From Candidatus Moraniibacteriota bacterium (GTDB lineage: Bacteria > Patescibacteriota > Minisyncoccia > Moranbacterales > GCA-2747515), in contig JBBQZC010000001.1 of NCBI GenBank assembly GCA_038208115.1, positions 13,977 to 77,976 on the forward strand: a DNA stretch of 64,000 nucleotides. Reading direction: 5' to 3'. The position numbers and the translations under genes were made by a program. Under the pieces are notes generated by a model that saw nothing but the letters and a program-made list of their open reading frames with translations, was not told the origin of the DNA and did no database searches. This document shows, piece by piece, positions 60,860 through 64,000 of the stretch. Position 1 is the stretch's first letter; each line of letters begins with the position of its first letter.

Positions 60860-61828
60860 ATGAAACTTATTATCAATATCCCTGCATATAACGAGGCAAA
60901 AGTAATTGGAGAAACAATTCGGAATATTCCTCGCTCATACGAAGGTATCACAGAAGTACTTATCCAGGTAATAGATGACGGATCTCATGATAGCACAGCT
61001 GATATCGCGCGCAAAGCAGGCGCTGACATCGTCGTGTCTCACAAAACAAATCACCGACTTGGCTATGCGTTCAATACAGCTGTCCGTAGTGCGCTAGCAA
61101 ACGACGCTGATATCATGGTCAATATTGACGCTGATGGTCAATTTGATCCAGAAGAGATCAAAAATTTATTAAAACCAATAATTGATGGGATCGCTGACAT
61201 CACGATCGGTGATCGATTCAAAGGTGGACATGCTGATGGTATTCCATTTATCAAAAAATTTCTCAATAAATTTGCTGCAAAACTTGTAAGTGCATTTCTT
61301 AATACAAAGATCGACGATCTCACATGTGGCTTTCGTGCACATAGTCGCGAAGCTCTCCTACGACTCAATACTGTAAATGGCTTTACATACACGCAAGAAA
61401 CAATCATCGATGCTATCGGTAAGAATCTCAAACTCATCTGGATTCCAGTCAATGTGCGTTACTTTGAAAATCGTCAATCTCGCATCGTCAAAAGTGTCTG
61501 GAAATTTGTCAGCAATAGTGCAAAGATCATCATCAAAGCAGTACGTGACGTGCGTCCAATGAAATTTTTTGGCATCCCAGGATTATTCGTCATATTTTTG
61601 TCGTTTGTGATGTTTGCAATTTTTCTCATACAATACATCCCAAAATTGGAAGTTACACCATATCGTAATTATCTCCTCACTGCAATCGTGCTCTTTTTCG
61701 TCGGTATGCAATTTCTCGTATTTGCACTCATCGCCGATATGATCAAAGCTAATCGTCAACTCACGGAAGAAACGATGTACCGCATGCGTAAACAAAAGTA
61801 TTGTCGGGATAACAACATAATAAAATAA
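60860..61828 (+). CDS. Family-2 glycosyltransferase, polyprenyl-phosphate sugar transferase type (DPM1/ArnC-like)
   Basis: IPAYNEA...VIDDGSHDST, DADGQFDP and two C-terminal TM helices. Confidence 0.75.
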   Translation: MKLIINIPAYNEAKVIGETIRNIPRSYEGITEVLIQVIDDGSHDSTADIARKAGADIVVSHKTNHRLGYAFNTAVRSALANDADIMVNIDADGQFDPEEIKNLLKPIIDGIADITIGDRFKGGHADGIPFIKKFLNKFAAKLVSAFLNTKIDDLTCGFRAHSREALLRLNTVNGFTYTQETIIDAIGKNLKLIWIPVNVRYFENRQSRIVKSVWKFVSNSAKIIIKAVRDVRPMKFFGIPGLFVIFLSFVMFAIFLIQYIPKLEVTPYRNYLLTAIVLFFVGMQFLVFALIADMIKANRQLTEETMYRMRKQKYCRDNNIIK

Positions 61829-62953
61829 ATGAATCACATGAATTCACCTTTGCGCATACTTTTTGTATCACGCGCATACCCACCAATATTTGGTGGGATC
61901 GAAAATCAAAACTATGGCATTGCGCATGCTTTAAAAAATATCACACCTACTACAATCATTGCTAACACACGAGGCAAAAAAGCATTACTATTCTTCTTGC
62001 CGTATGCATTGATCAAAATACTCTTTTTCCTTCCAAAAAACGATGTCGTCCTTTTTGGCGATGGAGTTTTAGCGCCTCTCGGTCGTGTTGCACATCTATT
62101 TTATCCACACAAAAAGTTTGTTTCGATTGTCCATGGACTTGATATCACTTATGCTAAAAAGTCGTCACTGCTTGGCAAAGCATATCGTGCAATCAATATC
62201 CCAGCGCTACGACATCTCGATAAACTCATTACAGTAGGAACACACACGATTACTGAAGCAATGCGCTTTGATATCAATCGAGATAAATGTGTTTTCATCC
62301 CAAATGGGATTGATCCTGCGGAATATTTCATCACACATACACGCGATGAACTCGCGCAATTATTACACAGTGATCTCACAGATAAAAAAGTCATTCTCCG
62401 CATGGGACGCTTCGTGCCACATAAAGGCGTTGCATGGTTTCTGGACCACGTGATGCCCCTTTTGCCAGAAAACTACATCTTTGTCGCAATGGGTGGCGCT
62501 GTATCTAATACAGCTGGGGATGTCAATTCGCTATCACTTGCGCAAAAGATGGTACAAAAACACAACTTACATGACCGTGTCTTCCTCCTCCCAAATCGTC
62601 CAGACACTGAAAAAATTATTCTTTTCAATACGGTAGATCTCGTCATTTCACCAAATATCGATATTCCCGGATCCATGGAAGGATTTGGGATCAATGCTAT
62701 CGAAACCGCAGCGTGTGAACGAGTTGTTATTGCATCAAATTTTCAAGGACTCAAGGATGCCATACATGATGGCAAAAACGGCTTTCTCATCGAACACGAA
62801 AACATCCCGGCATGGAGAGACAAAATCACAGAGGTTCTCGCGGATGATTTTGATAGAATTGCATTTGGCAAAAAAGCCCGTCTCTACACGATAGAGCACT
62901 TCAGTTGGGGAAAAATTGCTACGCAATATCGTGAAGAGCTGGAAAGTTTATAA
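61829..62953 (+). CDS. Family-4 glycosyltransferase
   Basis: SMEGFGINAIETAA and GKNGFLIE. Start codon overlaps the upstream stop. Confidence 0.7.
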   Translation: MNHMNSPLRILFVSRAYPPIFGGIENQNYGIAHALKNITPTTIIANTRGKKALLFFLPYALIKILFFLPKNDVVLFGDGVLAPLGRVAHLFYPHKKFVSIVHGLDITYAKKSSLLGKAYRAINIPALRHLDKLITVGTHTITEAMRFDINRDKCVFIPNGIDPAEYFITHTRDELAQLLHSDLTDKKVILRMGRFVPHKGVAWFLDHVMPLLPENYIFVAMGGAVSNTAGDVNSLSLAQKMVQKHNLHDRVFLLPNRPDTEKIILFNTVDLVISPNIDIPGSMEGFGINAIETAACERVVIASNFQGLKDAIHDGKNGFLIEHENIPAWRDKITEVLADDFDRIAFGKKARLYTIEHFSWGKIATQYREELESL

Positions 62954-63060
62954 AACAGATATCTTGACTATTTATTTTTACATTGCTAGTATTCATAGTC
63001 GTAATACTTCATTTGCAACACACGTATTTTATACAAACCACTCACACAAAGGAGAAAAAG

Positions 63061-63429
63061 ATGCCAATTGCATGGGTTAAGTACGATAAGGGAAAACTTA
63101 ACTGCCACGTTATTTATAAAATGGTTTATGACCTCGAAGCAAACTTGCCAAGATTAATTGCCGAAGCACTCAACGTTCCGTCTGTTCTGGGAGCACAATT
63201 AACGGAAAATGATGTCGAAGCGCGTATCGAGCCATTTGATGCCCTGAATACCAAAGCACACAAAGATCTTGAAATCGTGATTTTTGCAAATTATTTCGCA
63301 GAGCGTGAAAGAAATCTCGATACTGAAAGAGCACCCTACATCGCGAAAGAAGTAAAAAAACTGATACCTTACGGCATGAGTGGATTCGTTTACGTACGTC
63401 TCGCGCCATCTGGCTTCGCCGAATTTTAA
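63061..63429 (+). CDS. Hypothetical protein (start MPIAWVKY)
   Basis: About 123 aa. Pro2 after Met hints at a tautomerase/MIF-like fold, but the family is unverified. Confidence 0.35.
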   Translation: MPIAWVKYDKGKLNCHVIYKMVYDLEANLPRLIAEALNVPSVLGAQLTENDVEARIEPFDALNTKAHKDLEIVIFANYFAERERNLDTERAPYIAKEVKKLIPYGMSGFVYVRLAPSGFAEF

Positions 63430-63568
63430 CTCATCTATACAGCCGTGCAAACGCCGCGTACTTACACAAGTACGCGGCTATTTATTTGCTACACAAATAA
63501 TTGTAAATTGTGTTTTATTATAAACTCCATTGTGGTATGCTAAGGAGAGAAGATTTTAATCATCACTT

Positions 63569-64000
63569 ATGTTTATGGATAGTTTTTTTGTGCACCAACT
63601 TATTTTTGCCTGCACTACATGTGCATTACTACTAATTCCCGGATGGTTTTTCCTCTCAGCATGTTTTGCGCGCAATCAATTTGCACTGCTAGAAAAATTC
63701 ATTCTCAGCGTACCTGCCAGCTTTTCACTTCTTACTCTCGCCATTATCCTCGTTGATCGATTTCATCTACTACTCGACAAAAACACACTTCTCATGATCA
63801 TTGCAGTAATCACACTTCCCTTTGTAATCATGACAATTTTTACAAAAATAACAACACATACAAATATTGATATCTTCACTTTTACAAAAAAGCAATATAC
63901 CCTGCTCGGTATTATCATTATTTTCACCATACTTGCAAAAAGTCTTTTTTTGATCAATAGCATCTTCCCGACAGCTACCGACCTCGCACACCATCTTTAC
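63569..64000 (+). CDS. Polytopic membrane protein, N-terminal part (runs off window end)
   Basis: ATG at 63569 is followed by at least 4 TM helices with no stop before the window end. Possibly a GT-C-type glycosyltransferase. Confidence 0.35.
   Translation, partial: MFMDSFFVHQLIFACTTCALLLIPGWFFLSACFARNQFALLEKFILSVPASFSLLTLAIILVDRFHLLLDKNTLLMIIAVITLPFVIMTIFTKITTHTNIDIFTFTKKQYTLLGIIIIFTILAKSLFLINSIFPTATDLAHHLY

Overview
AT-rich bacterial chromosomal window. It contains a complete 16S rRNA gene with atypical, CPR-like changes at otherwise universal sites, and no linked 23S. Almost all genes are on the minus strand. Contents, left to right:
(1) The 5' part of a processive GT2 synthase running off the window start, then small housekeeping genes (SPFH, methyltransferase, NUDIX) and a fused PyrK-PyrD dihydroorotate dehydrogenase.
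(2) A minus-strand array of secreted and surface proteins from about 8.5 to 22 kb. It holds a membrane GAF sensor, a SipW-type signal peptidase with three TasA/camelysin-like paralogs and a small acidic SipW-cognate protein, an alpha/beta hydrolase, an 887-aa repeat-rich surface protein and a related small secreted repeat protein.
(3) Miscellaneous genes from 22 to 29 kb, including a stand-alone IMP cyclohydrolase (PurH N-domain), geranylgeranyl-reductase-like flavoprotein, a GlsB/YeaQ-type membrane protein and a CARDB membrane protein.
(4) A mobile-element-like island (AIPR-like Abi protein, HNH endonuclease, tyrosine recombinase) abutting the 3' processing stem of the 16S rRNA gene.
(5) A duplicated coiled-coil gene pair with duplicated promoters.
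(6) A large cell-envelope glycan and division region from 38 to 63 kb. It carries rfbC, a DUF4012 protein, a Wzz-like protein, prmC, ftsZ-ftsA, dgkA, ybeY, rpsU, HIT, hisS, lepB, groES, ctp, an LCP protein, a Wzy-like protein, a UDP-sugar dehydrogenase, and several GT2 and GT4 genes.
The most striking non-coding signal is a four-copy family of promoter-driven, structured leader RNAs on the minus strand. They show compensatory base changes and intrinsic terminators. Each sits 230-320 nt upstream of a surface or exopolymer gene: the GT2 synthase, a TasA-like protein, a hydrolase and a secreted repeat protein. This suggests a shared, uncharacterised riboswitch-like or sRNA regulon for the surface and biofilm-matrix genes.
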